Numbered from the whole stretch's first letter, positions 14,001 through 27,378 are shown. The stretch is DNA of 63,613 bases, filler included, from Octopus bimaculoides (GCF_001194135.2; 3 parts of 3 records of this genome joined end to end with filler, not necessarily neighbours in it), one strand, 5' to 3'. Numbers and translations: made by a program. Notes: generated from the letters alone by a model not told the origin.

Positions 14001-15525
14001 TGTTTGGCAGACATCAGTACAAATTAGCAAATAATGTTTTTTTGATTTCTATAAATAAGAACCAAAATTCTTGATTAGATTCATTGATCCAAGATACTGA
14101 AGAGACACAAAAAAGTCTCCTTACCTCAATGAATTGAATATGCTGTGAACATGCACTATCTGAAAGAAATTGTTCTCATAAACAAACAAACAAACAAACA
14201 AAAAAACAGTGATTAGCATTTGTGTATATGAATCTCCTGGAACGTATTAAGAATGAACATGTACATCATTGTTTTGATTTTTACCGATTTCCATGCTTGT
14301 GACAATTTATGATATAAATTATATTTTTTTATTTAAAAAAAAAAATTATTATTTATATTTTGGAGGATACTTTGACATGTTTTTTTTCGCATCTGGAATT
14401 AGAAACCTGCAAAAGGCTCAGCCTGCTACTGTAGATCCCAAACCCTCAGCCACACCTTTGCTTTCCTGTCTTGTACTTGCTTGCCCATCAAATGAATTCA
14501 ATTCCTCCATACATCCCATCATGCAATGCAATTTTCTACAACTTTCACTTTCTTCTGTCTGGATCAATTCTAATTCATTCTATCTTTAACAAAATCTTAC
14601 CTTTCTATTACATACAACTGAAACATATGTAAATACCTTGCTAGAAGTTCCTTTGCTTCTAGTCACAACCAATCTGGAACTCTCATCTGTTTTCACACTC
14701 ATCGCAATAACTATACTTTTATTTCTAACATCACAACTCTATGAGAATCTAAGTCCACATTCCAAATTTTTGTCTACATTACATGTATCTATATAATTAC
14801 ATGATGTGAAGAAATGCCATTAAATGCCAATTGTTCACTACATCATGTGCATATTATATGATATGTTGCTGAAACTGACAGATAAACTCAATGAGTATCT
14901 TAAAACTCATCACAAAATTTCCAGTTCCTGCAAACCTCTTGATCACCAATTCAACACTCTGCACCAATATTGAAAACTAATGGTTAATCTCACAAATTAC
15001 TCGAAGTCAAATAACAAGATTTTTAATAAAAAAAGACTCATGATTTTATTATAATGAAAATGACTGTTCGAAGTTCTATAGGGATTTAAAAACTGTTTGG
15101 CTCTATACTTAGTAGTAACATTACTATTATGACTTTAATTAACAGCATCAATAAACTAAAACCAGCAAAATCAACATTTCAAAGACTGATAGTAATTTAG
15201 TAACAGCAGTAGATAGATAGAAAATTTATTAACTGCATCACTGTTTAATAAATTCTCATTGTGATTGATCAATAAAATAAAACACCCTATGAATTAACTT
15301 GATATAATAGCTGCACCTTTATCTATTCTGTAACCTCTTAGGTAATATTTTTCACTTTCATCTTTAGTAATATAATTAAGTCCCAGGATGCAGTTGCACT
15401 TTAATGGAACCACAGATTTAGACAAACAAGGCCAGTAGAGTATAAAAGACAAATACATTTATTAATGAGATGATTCAACGAAAACAAAAGATTAAAAAAA
15501 AAATGATGGATTATAGATAACTTAC

Positions 15526-15645
15526 CTACACATTTTTTACCATTGATAAGTTTATAACCGAGTCTACACTGACAGTGGTAGCTTCCTTGTGTGTTATTAC
15601 AAATATGTTGGCAGCCACCATTTGATTTGGAACATTCATTAGCAT
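15526..15645 (-). CDS. Calcium-binding EGF-like domain exon (first visible)
   Basis: AG acceptor, GTAAGT donor, 120 nt, phase 1-1; (D)[39 protein letters not shown]. Confidence 0.94.
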   Translation of the reverse strand: MLMNVPNQMVAANIFVITHKEATTVSVDSVINLSMVKNV

Positions 15646-15829
15646 CTAGAATAGATATCAATGCCAAATAAAAACATTGATACATTTATATACATATACA
15701 ACACAGAGTATAGTAACAAATTTAAGCTTTTTAGTTTGAATAAATCTATAAATTTTACTATTAGAATTGAGTATTCTTTTATGTTTAGTTACCCATAAGC
15801 TTGCATCTACAGGCACATATATACAAATA

Positions 15830-16140
15830 TCCCTGTATCACTGTATTGACATTGACCAGACTATCAGATATTGCTATATACAACTGTCACAGTGCACTTC
15901 CTGGCATTGTTGTAACTTTTGAGTGATGCTGCCCCACTGACTAGGCAAGTAGACCAACATTACTCCTAAATAGGATGCCTGTCTGTCACAGGGTTACCCA
16001 GTTATGGCTGGGTGAACTGGAGCAATGCGAAATAGAGTGCTTTGCTTAAGTACACAATGCAGAGCTAGTCTGAGAATTGAAACCATGATTTTGTGATCAT
16101 GAGCGCAACACCCTAACAACTAGATCATGTGTCTTCACTA
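15830..16140 (-). mobile_element. tRNA-derived SINE
   Basis: A/B-box-like head (CTAGTTGTTAGGGTG..GGTTTCAATTCTC), then GCTCCAGTTCACCCAGC..GGGTAACC. Confidence 0.55.
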
Positions 16141-16204
16141 TATACATGTATGTATGTATGTGTGTGTGTATGTGTGTGTGTGTGCGTGCGTGCATGCATG
16201 TGTG

Positions 16205-16745
16205 TGATTATTCAGTTTTATTTCAAGATTTCTTGCCAATAGAGAAAGAATCAGTTTCTAACCTAGATCCAAGGCTCCTTTATAGGAATTTCAACAACAT
16301 CAACAGGGTATTTTTGTATGTATGTATGTATATGTGCAGGTTTTTATGTTTTGTTTTATATTAGATATTCTCATGCATATAGTTGCATATCTAGATATGC
16401 ACATGTATACTTAAATGATAAACTTCTGGAAAGTCTTACAGATTTTTACAGTTCCAGTGATGGCTTGGATCTGTAATCTTTGAATCAGCTTTCTCTTTTC
16501 TGATTTTGAGAAAACTAATTTCTCAAGATTGATATTTAAGCAGCATGTTCCATATCCTAGTGCCCCAATAATTACAGATATAAATCTGAACTTGTAATCT
16601 GAATAGAGTATCTGCAAATTTCTCAATAGTTCAGCATAGGTATTTCCTTTTTCACTCATCTTTAGCTTTATGTTAATATCCGCTAGGCAGCTGATTTCCA
16701 CAACTGCACACAGTTTCTCTCCTCTATCCCAAATCATTATGTATG
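16205..16745 (-). mobile_element. RLE-type LINE 3' fragment, TACA-associated family
   Basis: MIWDRGEKLCAVVEISC..SEKGNTYAELLRNLQILY..IIGALG..GTVKICKTFQKFII, then a 3' UTR with an internal microsatellite. Confidence 0.85.
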
Positions 16746-17165
16746 TCATTATTCAGTTTTATTTCAAGATTTCTTGCCAATAGAGAAAGGGCTAGTTTCT
16801 AACCCAGATCCAAGGCTTCTTCGTTGGAATTTCAACATCAACAACAAGGTATGTATGTATGTATGTATGTATGTATGTATGTATGTATGTATGTATGTAT
16901 GTAGTTTTGTTTTATGTGTCTTCTCATGCATATACTTGCATATCTAGACATGTTCATATATACTTAAATGATAAATTTCTGGAAAGTTTTACAGACTTTT
17001 ACAGTTCCAGTGATGGTTTGGATCTGTAGTCTTCAAATCAGCTTTCTCCTTTCTGGTTTTGAGAAACCTAATTTCTCAAGATTGTTACTTAGGTAGCGTG
17101 TTACATAACCTTAGTGCCCCAATAATTACAGGGATAAGCCTGAACTTGTAATCTGGATAGAGTAA
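16746..17165 (-). mobile_element. Second RLE-type LINE 3' fragment, in tandem with the previous one
   Basis: LQLLYPDYKFRLIPVIIGAL.. followed by the same 3' UTR and terminal AAATCTTGAAATAAAACTGAATAATGACATAC. Confidence 0.85.
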
Positions 17166-17292
17166 CTGCAGATAGATAGATAGATAGACAGATACATATA
17201 TGTATGTATGTATGCACGTATGTATGTATGTATGTATGTATGCACGTATGTGTGCAATGGCCCAGTGGAGGCACAATGTATGCACGTATGTG

Positions 17293-17662
17293 CGCAATGG
17301 CCCAGTGGTTAGGGCAGCGGACTTGCGGTCATAGGATTGCGGTTTCGATTCCCAGACCGGGCGTTGTGAGTGTTTATTGAGCGAAAACACCTAAAGCTCC
17401 ATGAAGCTCTGGCAGGGGATGGTGGCGAACCCTGCTGTACTCTTTCACCACAACTTTCTCTTACTTCCTGTTTCTGTTGTGCCTGTAATTCAAAGGGTCA
17501 ACCTCGTCACACTGTGTCACGCTGAATATCCCCGAGAACTACGTTAAGGGTACATGTGTCTGTGGAGTGCTCAGCCACTTGCACGGTAATTTCACGAGTA
17601 GGCTGTTCCGTTGATCGGATCAACTGGAACCCTCGACGTCTTAAGCGACGGAGTGCCAACAA
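17293..17662 (+). mobile_element. tRNA-derived SINE (family A)
   Basis: A box TGGCCCAGTGG, B box GGTTTCGATTCC; close homolog on the minus strand at 54791-55173. Confidence 0.88.
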
Positions 17663-17807
17663 ATGCATGCATGTATGTATGTATGTATGTATGTATATAT
17701 GCATGCACGTATGTATGCATCTGTCTGTCTGTCATTATCATTCAACATCCATTTTCCATACTGGCATAGGTATTGTGGGAGATGTAAGTAAATATAGGCA
17801 TGTATAT

Positions 17808-18000
17808 GATAGAGGCAGCTGTGTGATTAAGAAGTTTACTTTCCAACCACATGGTTTTGAGTTCAGTCCCACAATGTGACACCTTAGGTGAGTGCTTTCT
17901 ACTATAACTGCAGGTCAGCCAAAGTCCTATGAGTTAATTTGGTAGGCATCAACTGAAAAAAAGCCTCTTGTACATATATACATATGGCTTCAATTCTCAG
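17808..18000 (+). mobile_element. tRNA-derived SINE head (family C)
   Basis: GGCAGCTGTGTGATTAAG..GAGTTCAGTCCCAC..TTCTACTATA; related to 47130-47545 and 54165-54345. Confidence 0.65.
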
Positions 18001-18290
18001 ACCAGTTCTGCATTGTGTACTTGAGCAAAAGTTTTTCTGAGTGTGTATATTTGTACCTCTTTGTTTTGACATCACATGATAGTTGTAAATCAGTACTACT
18101 CTTATACAAGCAATGTCATTAATTTTTAATATTCTTTGAAAATATGTTTGGTGGTTATGGGGTAATATTATCTTACTTGGAAACAAGTAAGGATTGGCAA
18201 AATAAATAGCATCTGTCAGTAGAAAATCTGCCTAAATAAACTCCATTTGACCATGGAAAAGTGGATGTTAAAATGATGATGACGATGATG

Positions 18291-18330
<40 letters not shown>

Positions 18331-19204
18331 AAATGAGAGGTGTTCATTTCAAACTAACATAATACTTTCAATTTTATTACACTTTGGTCTCTTAAATCAC
18401 CATTCAAGTGGTAGCATTATTTACTCTCTACTTTTTCAACACACTGGCATTAATTAACTAATTTACTAACTAGTTAACAATTATTGCTTACATAATACTT
18501 ATCCATGCCAAAATTTAATTTCATTTAACTTCAATGTAATTCAACTTAATTTTATGTTTTTGGTTCACTCATTCTATGCTGTGTGCTTTCCTACCCCTAT
18601 CATTCCGTTGCTGGGGTCGAGGGTCACTGGTAAATACTTTGATTTATGTCTGGACATTTTTTCCTCATCTTTTCCCTCTCCTTCCAATTTCAGGCTCCAA
18701 CCATATAAATGACAAGTCATTATCTTTACTAATATCACAACTGACACATGAGTCTTATTGCCAGTGACTCTGCCCTTACCTACTGCAACATTATACTCCC
18801 TATCACAGGGTTTTCAATCTTATATTTATTTCATTTTCTCTATTCACCACACTCCTGCCATCATCATTGCCATAATTATTATTGTGTTTACTATTATTTC
18901 CAGGGTTTGTTCTGTACTGGTCTTATTATTAGTAGCATACCCTTATTTTAATTATTCTCTAAATATTATTATTTTGAAAAAAATTGTTTTCTTGGTATTT
19001 GCCATATTTACACATTATCTGCTGGGAACTACCAAGACACTCTGAGGTACAAAATGGATATGATGTTCTTAATACATTTGGTGAATGTATGATGTCAAGA
19101 AGTGCTCAAACGGAAAAAAAAAATTGTGCACATTATCTATGAAATTTACACAACCATATGAGCACAACATGGTGATCTCATATGATAAACAGTGCATGAC
19201 CATG

Positions 19205-19575
19205 CAGGTGGGACCCAGTTAGAATTTTCTTCAGGCCAAGTAGCCCAACCTGCACAAAAGGTCCCTGAATAAGGTCTGTTTAAGGATGATGAATGAAGCA
19301 CCCAGGTTTTCAGAGGTGAATTATTCAGAACCTAAAGATTCCTCTCAACACATGGCTATGATGCTCCTCCACCACTCCTGCTCGTGATCAGAGATGCACA
19401 TATTGTCAGCCACTAAGGGACATGCTAGGTCAAGTAACTGACAAGCAAATCTGTGGTATTGAGCAGAATATTTGCTGTAGCCCATCTTTTATACCAAGAC
19501 AAAACATGTACATGATAACACTTTCAATCAGTTAAGATCAGAATCCTGAAAGCCATTGCTTGGTACTACATCACG
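19205..19575 (+). mobile_element. Interspersed repeat, family D (SINE-like)
   Basis: CTCAACACATGGCTATGATGCT..GATCAGAGATGCAC..GCAAATCTGTGGTATTGAGCAGAATATTTGCTG; copies at 30500, 48190 and 61265. Confidence 0.75.
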
Positions 19576-20088
19576 GAATTTTTTTATTTTTGTTATCATC
19601 TTCTTTCAGTTTTGTTTCCATTTCTTGCCGAGTATCTTCCCAACACCTAAGGTAATGAAACTGACTGTATACATTGGTGGACCATTAAAATAAACACACT
19701 AGATTGTTCATTTACAAAGTCATGTGATAGAAAAAAGGGGAGAAGAAAGACAGAAGAAAAAAGGAAAAAATGAAAAAGAAAACAAAGAAAATAAGGAGGA
19801 AAAGGAAAGAAAATTCAATACCATCCATGCACTTCCTGCATGGGTGGTAAGCCAGGGATCATCCTCAAATAATTTTCAGTTTGCTCTTGGATCATTCCAA
19901 CAGCTCCTACAATTGCTGATATTGTAACTGTCTTGAGATGTCACATTATTTCGATTTCAATCAGTAAACTGTGATATTTTCCTGAGCTTATCAAATTCTA
20001 TTGCTGCGACACTATGATCACAAGGTATGCTCATGTCAACCAATAAACAGATTTTATTAATTTCAAAACCTGGTTTATTAGCTTTGAT

Positions 20089-20604
20089 CAGGAGTCACCA
20101 AACTACGGCCCACGAGCTAGATTCAGCCTGCCGCTGCATTGTACCTTTTGGGTAAGCACCTGCAATGAGAGTTCATTTGCCTCTGGTATGGCATCAGTGT
20201 TTGGAACAACTTATGTCTGTGAGTAAGCATTTTCAAAAATGTAGTATGTGAAGCCAGCACATTGAATGAGGTTGACTGATAAACATTTGAAAGCAATTCT
20301 CTTGGTTGGATGCAGCAATTCCAAAGCAAACATTGATATCTTAAAAGCTAAACATCAGTTTCACAAATCTCACCAACCTTTTTTGCTGCTTAGTTTCTGA
20401 GATTCAGATATGTGTGCAGTGAGCGTGATATAACTTATTGCTAACGTCACCTTCTTTGATAACTTTTTGGTAAATAAATATGTTGGTTGTCTTTATTTTT
20501 GTGTATTCATTGTATTGTATTGAACAAAATGGTTATGCAGCCCATGCTCGGTATTCTATCAGTTATCTGGCCCACCAGGAAAAATATTTGGTGACTGACT
20601 CCTT
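20089..20604 (+). mobile_element. hAT (Charlie-like) non-autonomous element with transposase C-terminal relic
   Basis: TIRs CAGGAGTCACCAAA and TTTGGTGACTGACTCCTT; TSD GCTTTGAT at 20081-20088 and 20605-20612; FGTTYVCE*AFSKM..RLTDKHLKAILL. Confidence 0.88.
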
Positions 20605-22326
20605 GCTTTGATGGTCCTGTCTGTTTTTACTGGAAAGTCTCAAAGAATCGTTATGTTTACTCTCACAGTTACAGCTTCAGGATGGTGCTTGTACCATTTG
20701 TCAGCAATTTTGATTTTATAATGCCAACATATTGTCCAGCGTAGATATTGGCCAACTCTGTCATGTCTAGATTTATACTCTACTGGTGCTAAAACCTTAC
20801 ACCCAGAGATTAGGTGGTCCACTGTTTCAATCTCATCATTGCAGTATCATCACTTTGGGTCTACTCTATTTTTCATCACATTTTCTTGGTAGTTCTGGGT
20901 CAAAAAAGCTCTGATCTTGAGCAGCTAAGATAAAGCCTTTGCTCTCTGCCTTTAGCCCTGAGCACCATATCCACTGATGGGTGTGCTTCTGGTCTACATC
21001 AGCTTGTTTGCTACAGGTCACATATTTGCCATGCAGAGGTTTTTGCTCCCAATAATCAGCCAATTGTTCAAATGCTTTTTGCTTTGCCATTGATTTCACC
21101 TTCTTTGCACTTGCTGCACTTCCACTATGCTGTTCAATCTGAATATTATGCATAAATGCATTAGCAAATCTTTTACTCTTCTTCACAACAGAATGAAGCT
21201 TCTTACATCTCTTGTAGTTCTTAACGAGTTTTAGCATCCAATTGTTAAATGTCTCAAGATATTTGGCTAGTCCAGCTGTGATGGTTTTGTAAGAGATTTC
21301 AAATTGGATCAAGCCTCGACCTCCTTGGGCTCTGGGAAGGTAAAGACTATCTGCGTTTGCCTATGGGTGGTGCATCTTATTGCAAGTCAGCAGCTTATGG
21401 ATTTTCCTGTCAATCTTCCTTACTTCACTCATTGAAACTGTAAATAACAACTGGAACTGCTAAGGAATTTATGGCTAACATCTTGTTACATACATTTAAC
21501 TCCGATTTTGGGACTGCTCAAACTCTCCTGTAACTCTCCTGATTTTCTCTTTCATGCTTGCATGCTGAATGCCAGAGCCCTCATTTATTCTGAGGTATTT
21601 GTAAGTTTATTCCTGCTCAAGTTATTTTATAACTGTGTCAACATCTAATATTACTAAATGTAAGGTCTTTAATTTCCCTTCCTAGAAAGTGGCCTTGGCA
21701 CATTTATCAAGACCAAATTCCATCCTGATGTCATCACTGAATTCTTTCACAGTACGCAGTAGACTTTCAAGCTCATTATCATCTTTGACTTAGAGTTTTA
21801 AGTCATCCATGTAAAATAGATGACTTATTTTCTTATCACCAATTTTATACCCATATTCTGTTCTGTTAAGTTCACTTGTAGTGGGTATTAGGGCTATGCA
21901 AAAAATTAGAAGTGAAAGTGAGTCATCATGGAGAATTTCATAATTGATATTAATATCGTTTGTATTCAGTACTTCATTAGAGTGGTATAATTGGAGATTC
22001 ACATTCCACCCTGACATGTTGTGCTTCAGAAAGTTTGAAATTATGGGAGAAATTTTGAAGATATCCAGCAATTTCAAGATCCATGAATGCAGTATGCTGT
22101 CAAAGGCCTTTTTTTATAATCAATCTATGCAGAACTGAAATTTCTGCATTTGTTAAGACAGTTCTCAAGGATCATGTGATTGATTAGGAGTTGATCTTTG
22201 CTTCCATATGCGACCTGTTGGCACCCTTTTTGTTCAGTGGGGAAAATATCATTCTGTTCCATAAAGGTGTATGTTTTCTCCATGAGAATGGGTGTTAAAA
22301 TTTCATGAGCGGCAGATAGACAGGTT

Positions 22327-24396
22327 CCTTGCAGATGAGTACCACCTTGTCGTTGGTTGTGGGGCTTGTGTGTCTCCATAACCATGAGAGCTATGCTGGC
22401 AAGAGATTTGTCTCCTGGTAGCCAGACAGGTTGAAGGGTAGAGACTAGATGAAGAGTACTCAACTGGCCCTCCAGGTTGGGAGTTTTAACATTGGGTTAA
22501 CAGTCTAGTAAAAAAAAAAATACCTGTTACAGAAACCACAACAGCACTCCCAAACGACGTGGTCAGGGAAGATTCCTCTCCAGTAGAGCATATGATGCGA
22601 GCTGGTGAAAGCCTTCAGGAAGCCAGTGCACCGACAACTCTTCTGACAACTAAGACTGAAGCCAGGATAGGGACCTGGAACATCCGAACCTTATATGAGG
22701 CAGGAAAAAGTGCATAAGTGTGTGAAGAGATGCACAGTTACAATCTGAAGATCCTTATGGAAGACTTGAATGCAAAAGTGGTAACAGACAACAAAGACAG
22801 AATGGTTCATGGGCAGACATGGCATCGGAGAACAAACTGAAAACAAACTGAAAATGGCAAAGACGTCCAGTCAAAGACAAGAATGGAGACATTATCCCAG
22901 GTGAAGAACAGAAAGCACGATGGGCAGAACACTTTAAGGAAACACTAAACAGACCTAAACCATCAGTCCTGCCAAATATCCCACAACCGACCGAGCTCCT
23001 AGGCATCAACACCAACCCACCAACCAGCACTGAGATCACCAAAGCCATCAAGTCCCTTAAGTTGGGAAAGGAAGTAGGCCCTAATGTGATGCTACCTGAA
23101 GCATTGAAGGTAGACATTTAGACTTCAACTGAGATGCTGCATCCTCTCCTGAAGAAGATCTGGGAACAGGAGAGAGTGCCAGAAGACTGGATGAAAGAAC
23201 ACCTGGTAAAGCTGCCTAAGAGAGGGTTCCTGTCATCCTGCAGTAACTGGAAGGGAATCATCTTGCACAGACCACAACACGACAATATGGATTATCATTG
23301 AGTAGTTCTTGGAGTCTTTTTCGACTTTCAGAAGGCCTTTGACAGTGTCAACAGAGATGTCATCTGGAGACTGATGTACCATTAACGGTTTCCACAAAAA
23401 TTCCTCATCATCATGCAACAGCTATATGAAGATGTCACCTGTCAAGCCATCCAGAGCAGGAAACTGGCAGAACCCTTCAATGTGCAAACCAGCGTCTGAC
23501 AGAGTTGTTTGCTTTCACCAACGATTTTCTTGATGGTGGTTGACTGGATCAGGAAACAAGCCACAGCAGGCAAGAAGACAGGCATCCAGTGGACCTTCGA
23601 TAAACAGTTGGAAGACCTATGCTATGCAGATGACATCACTTTTCTCTCTCACAAGCAGCAATGTGTTGCAGAAGAAGTAGAGTGGACTGGCCACCAGATC
23701 AACATTAAGAAGACAGAGGCCATGGGAGTGAGCAACAGACAGCAAGACCCAGTGCGACTACACTAGGAGGATATCAAGGATGTTGACAGGTTTGTTTAAC
23801 TGGGCAGTGTAGTCAGTAAAGATGGCAGGACAGATAAGGATACTAAATGCTGAATAAACAAATCCTGACATGCCTTCAACACCGTGTGATTAATCTGGAG
23901 ATCAACAGCCCTCTCACTCCACCATAAGATCTGGATCTTCAACACAAATGTTAAGTCAGTTTTACTTTATGGCTCAGAAACATGACAAGTGACCAAGACT
24001 AACTACCACAAGCTCCAGATATTCACAAACAGAGCTCTCAGAAACATCCTTAACATCAGGTGGTCAGAGGATGTCCCCAATGAACAACTGTGGGACAGGA
24101 CAAGACAGGCCCCAATCAAGACAGATATCAAGAAATAAAAATGGGGATGGTAAGGCCACACACTACAAAAGCCTGCACCAAATGTCACCCAGCAGGCCCT
24201 TGACTGGAACCCACAGGAGGAGTGAAAAGTGGGCCGACCAAAACAAGTCTTGGTGCAGGAGTTTTGACATAGAGGTGAGGGCAGCCAGAATGACGTAGGC
24301 TGAGCTGAAGAGGATCACCCAGAACCGTGTCTATTGGAAAAATGTTGTTGCAGTCCTATGTTCCCCCAAGGAATCAAGAAGCCTTAGAAAAAAAGA
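22327..24396 (+). mobile_element. Internally deleted RTE-clade LINE with both ends and TSD
   Basis: 13-bp TSD AGATAGACAGGTT at 22314-22326 and 24397-24409; RTE-type 5' UTR (GGCCCTCCAGGTTGGG), GTWNIRTL, EDLNAKV, DFQKAFDSV, LSPTIF, DLCYADDI. Confidence 0.9.
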
Positions 24397-25250
24397 AGAT
24401 AGACAGGTTATGGGCCAATAGTTTTGGGAAAATTTGGTTTCATTATTCTTTGGAAGTAGGGAAGTAATACTTTCTAACCAATCAGGAATTTTGTTAGGAT
24501 CTCTCATAATCTCATTGAATAGCTGAACTAACTTTTCGTGTGTGCGCAGAAGTGATGTGAGCCAGAAATTTGGCACTCTATCTTTACCAGGGGATTTCTG
24601 CTTTGAGCCTTCATAAGTATTATCCTTAGGTCGGCTATTATGATGTCTTCCCTTGCTTGATCTAATAAATTTTGGTAGGATCCTTCTGTGCATCTAGTCC
24701 AGTCTGCATTTCCATTGTATGTCTTTTTACCAGGCAAAAGGCTTGGCAGCATTTCATCTGTCAGTATGTTCTGAGTTTAAATTTTGTCAAGGCTGACTTT
24801 GTCTTTCATCCTTTTCAGGGTTGATGAAATAAGAACTAATTGACCACTGGTCAAAACGACGACGACAGTTCAATTCGAACAAGAGCTCAAACGTAACAAC
24901 AGATAAGTCAACAACAAAAATACATTAACCAAATAAACACAATAAGCAACAGCAGCCGAATCTACCCGACCTTGATTAATTGTAGATTCGTTATTTTTTC
25001 CTTTTTTTACCTTTGTAGTTTGCGAGTATTACTGTTTTAAGGAGTTGTATTTTAGTAGAGAAATAATAGTTTTGGCTGCTATTTCTTATTTTCGGTGTGT
25101 GGTGAAGCAATACTTGCTGAACCCTAAATTTTAAATTGTGTTTATATATTTACCGATAATGGTTTTTAACACACCGAACTACTTGGTAAAATTACTAATT
25201 ATCAATTAATTATTAATTTTTACCCTATGTCTGTATGAGTTTATATATAT

Positions 25251-25350
25251 NNNNNNNNNNNNNNNNNNNNNNNNNNNNNNNNNNNNNNNNNNNNTTAATT
25301 AATTAANNNNNNNNNNNNNNNNNNNNNNNNNNNNNNNNNNNNNNNNNNNN
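25251..25350. other. Artificial scaffolding spacer: 44 N + TTAATTAATTAA + 44 N
   Basis: An identical 100-bp construct occurs at 52492-52591; the 12-mer has stop codons in all six frames. Confidence 0.92.
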
Positions 25351-25984
25351 ATATATATATATATATATATATATAAACCTATTGTGTAGGTATTGGGGCG
25401 GACACTTACCCAACAGGTTGTTTTCCTCCACCTCTCCAGAATATAAACTCCCAGATGTATTGTACCCCAGTACACGCACATATAAAAGCTCCACGAACTT
25501 AACCAATGCATAAAAGAAAGAAAACACTAATGAACACAGATGTGTATGCGCACACCCCCTGCAAAGGTTATACATAGAGTAACACTACACATATTCCATT
25601 TCCACAACAACACCAACCTCAAAGACACACTCGTTTTCCACAAACTTTTCCAGAAAACTCTTATGGACTTGCAACATAACAACCCCAGTGGCGAGGTTTT
25701 GGTATCAAGGGACATAACTCAATCACCCACTTGTTTCATTTCACTCTCTTCACAGCAACCGCAAACCAGATGTGTCTATTCACCTCTAGCAATAGAAAGT
25801 AGTCGCCATATTTCATCCCACATCAGCTACCTTTGTTGAGCGCAGGGTTACATAGTTGGATTGTTACATAACACTCTGTTGAATCCCTGGCGCGAAACCC
25901 ACGGAAAGATCGGCCGTTATGGATATATAATACTGCACACTTCGGATAATACATACATACATACATACATACTTACATACATGC

Positions 25985-27378
25985 ATATCTCACAATGGTA
26001 CCTGTAACAAAACACGTGTCACTAAAGAATAGTACAGCCGAATAAAGAAAATTTGGACCTCAGAATTGTCTGCATTCAATAAAACAGTCGCCCACAATGT
26101 GTTTACAGCGCCAGGCCCCATACCAACATTTGGTCTGCTTGATTGGACGCTTGACGAAATCCGAGCCATTGGTGTGAAAACCCCAAAAATACTAAGAGGC
26201 ACACACAATCTCCACATAAACAATGACGTAGACCGCCTCTACCGAAAACAAAAATAAGGCGGCAGAAGCTTAACATCGATCCAAAATGCATTTCAATGTT
26301 GTATTATATCTCTTCGACAACATCATTTAACCACCAAGCGACGAAGTCCACCCTTTGACCAAGTTTGCATACATGAAGCTGATAAAATCATAAGGCTTGG
26401 CAAGCATCCTCTTGAACAAAATTCTTTGTCTGATAACATAGAATACATGCCCAAAGAAGTCGCACGACTCTTCCGCAATGTATCATCAGATGAAAAGATG
26501 AGCCTATATGAGCAGAAGACTATGCATTGAGATGTTAGTAGAAAGGTCCGAGATGATAATAACAATGATCAGGAAAGCTATCATAGACCAATAGCCAGAT
26601 TACTACATCCCACTTTGAAGGGTATGCGTTTACAATCCAGGAACAGGAGATATCAACCAAGTGTCCGATTCACAAAAGGGACAGAGATGCAGGAAAAGCA
26701 GTAAAATGTGACAACCGATACAGACTTAGTGAAGTTAAGAGCGAATATATCACCCATATCATAAGCAGTTGGCCGAAAATGTCATCACGGTATTATCAAC
26801 CGATGAAACATGATGCTGTAGCTAGGACACAATGAAATCTGTCGAAAGGATAAGCCCGAGGACAAAGAAATAAGAACCTACCGTATGTTAGAAGCCAAAG
26901 ACACACATAATAAAAATGAGTACTGGTGGAAAGTCCCAGTGAAGACTTCAATAAAATGTAAACACAACAGATCTGGTATGATTTGGGATAGAGAAGCTGT
27001 GTACAGTTGTGGAAATTAGTTGCCCAGCGGATGTTAACATAAAGCGGAAGATCAGTGAAAAATAGAATACCTACGCTGAGCTATTGAGAAATCTGCAGTT
27101 ACTCTATCCAGATTACAAGTTCAGGTTAATACCTGTAATTATTGGGGTCTTGAGATATGTAACATACTGCCTAAATACCTGTCTTGTGAAATTAGGCTTG
27201 GCAAAACCAGAAAGGAGAAAGCTGATTCGAAAACTACAGATCCAAGTTATCACTGGAACTGTAAAAACCTGTAAACCTTTCCAGAAGTTTATCATTTAAG
27301 TATATATGAGCATGTCTAGGTATGCAAGTATATGCATACGGTTACATACATAAAGCAAAACATACAAATCTGCAGATA

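Larger units (their letters stand above)
19820..24780 (-). mobile_element. Decayed RLE-type (R4/Dong-like) LINE carrying two nested insertions
   Basis: KSPGKDRVPNFW..NYWPITCLS | AAHEIL..EQKGC..KDQLLIN..FYMDDLKL..PLHGKY..GFILAAQDQS..DHLISGC..RHDRVG..DRTIKA | NKP..DMSIPCD..AIVGAVG. Confidence 0.85.

Noticed and set aside
15401-15685. 94-aa ORF as a complete gene
   Set aside because: Only 15526-15645 is exon; the rest is intron read-through, and the paralogous copy stops early.
17293-17365. tRNA gene (likewise the other SINE heads)
   Set aside because: A/B boxes are present but run into SINE bodies; no complete cloverleaf.
18781-19040. Possible bridging exon ending at a GTAAG donor
   Set aside because: All three frames have stops close to the donor, and there is no acceptor.
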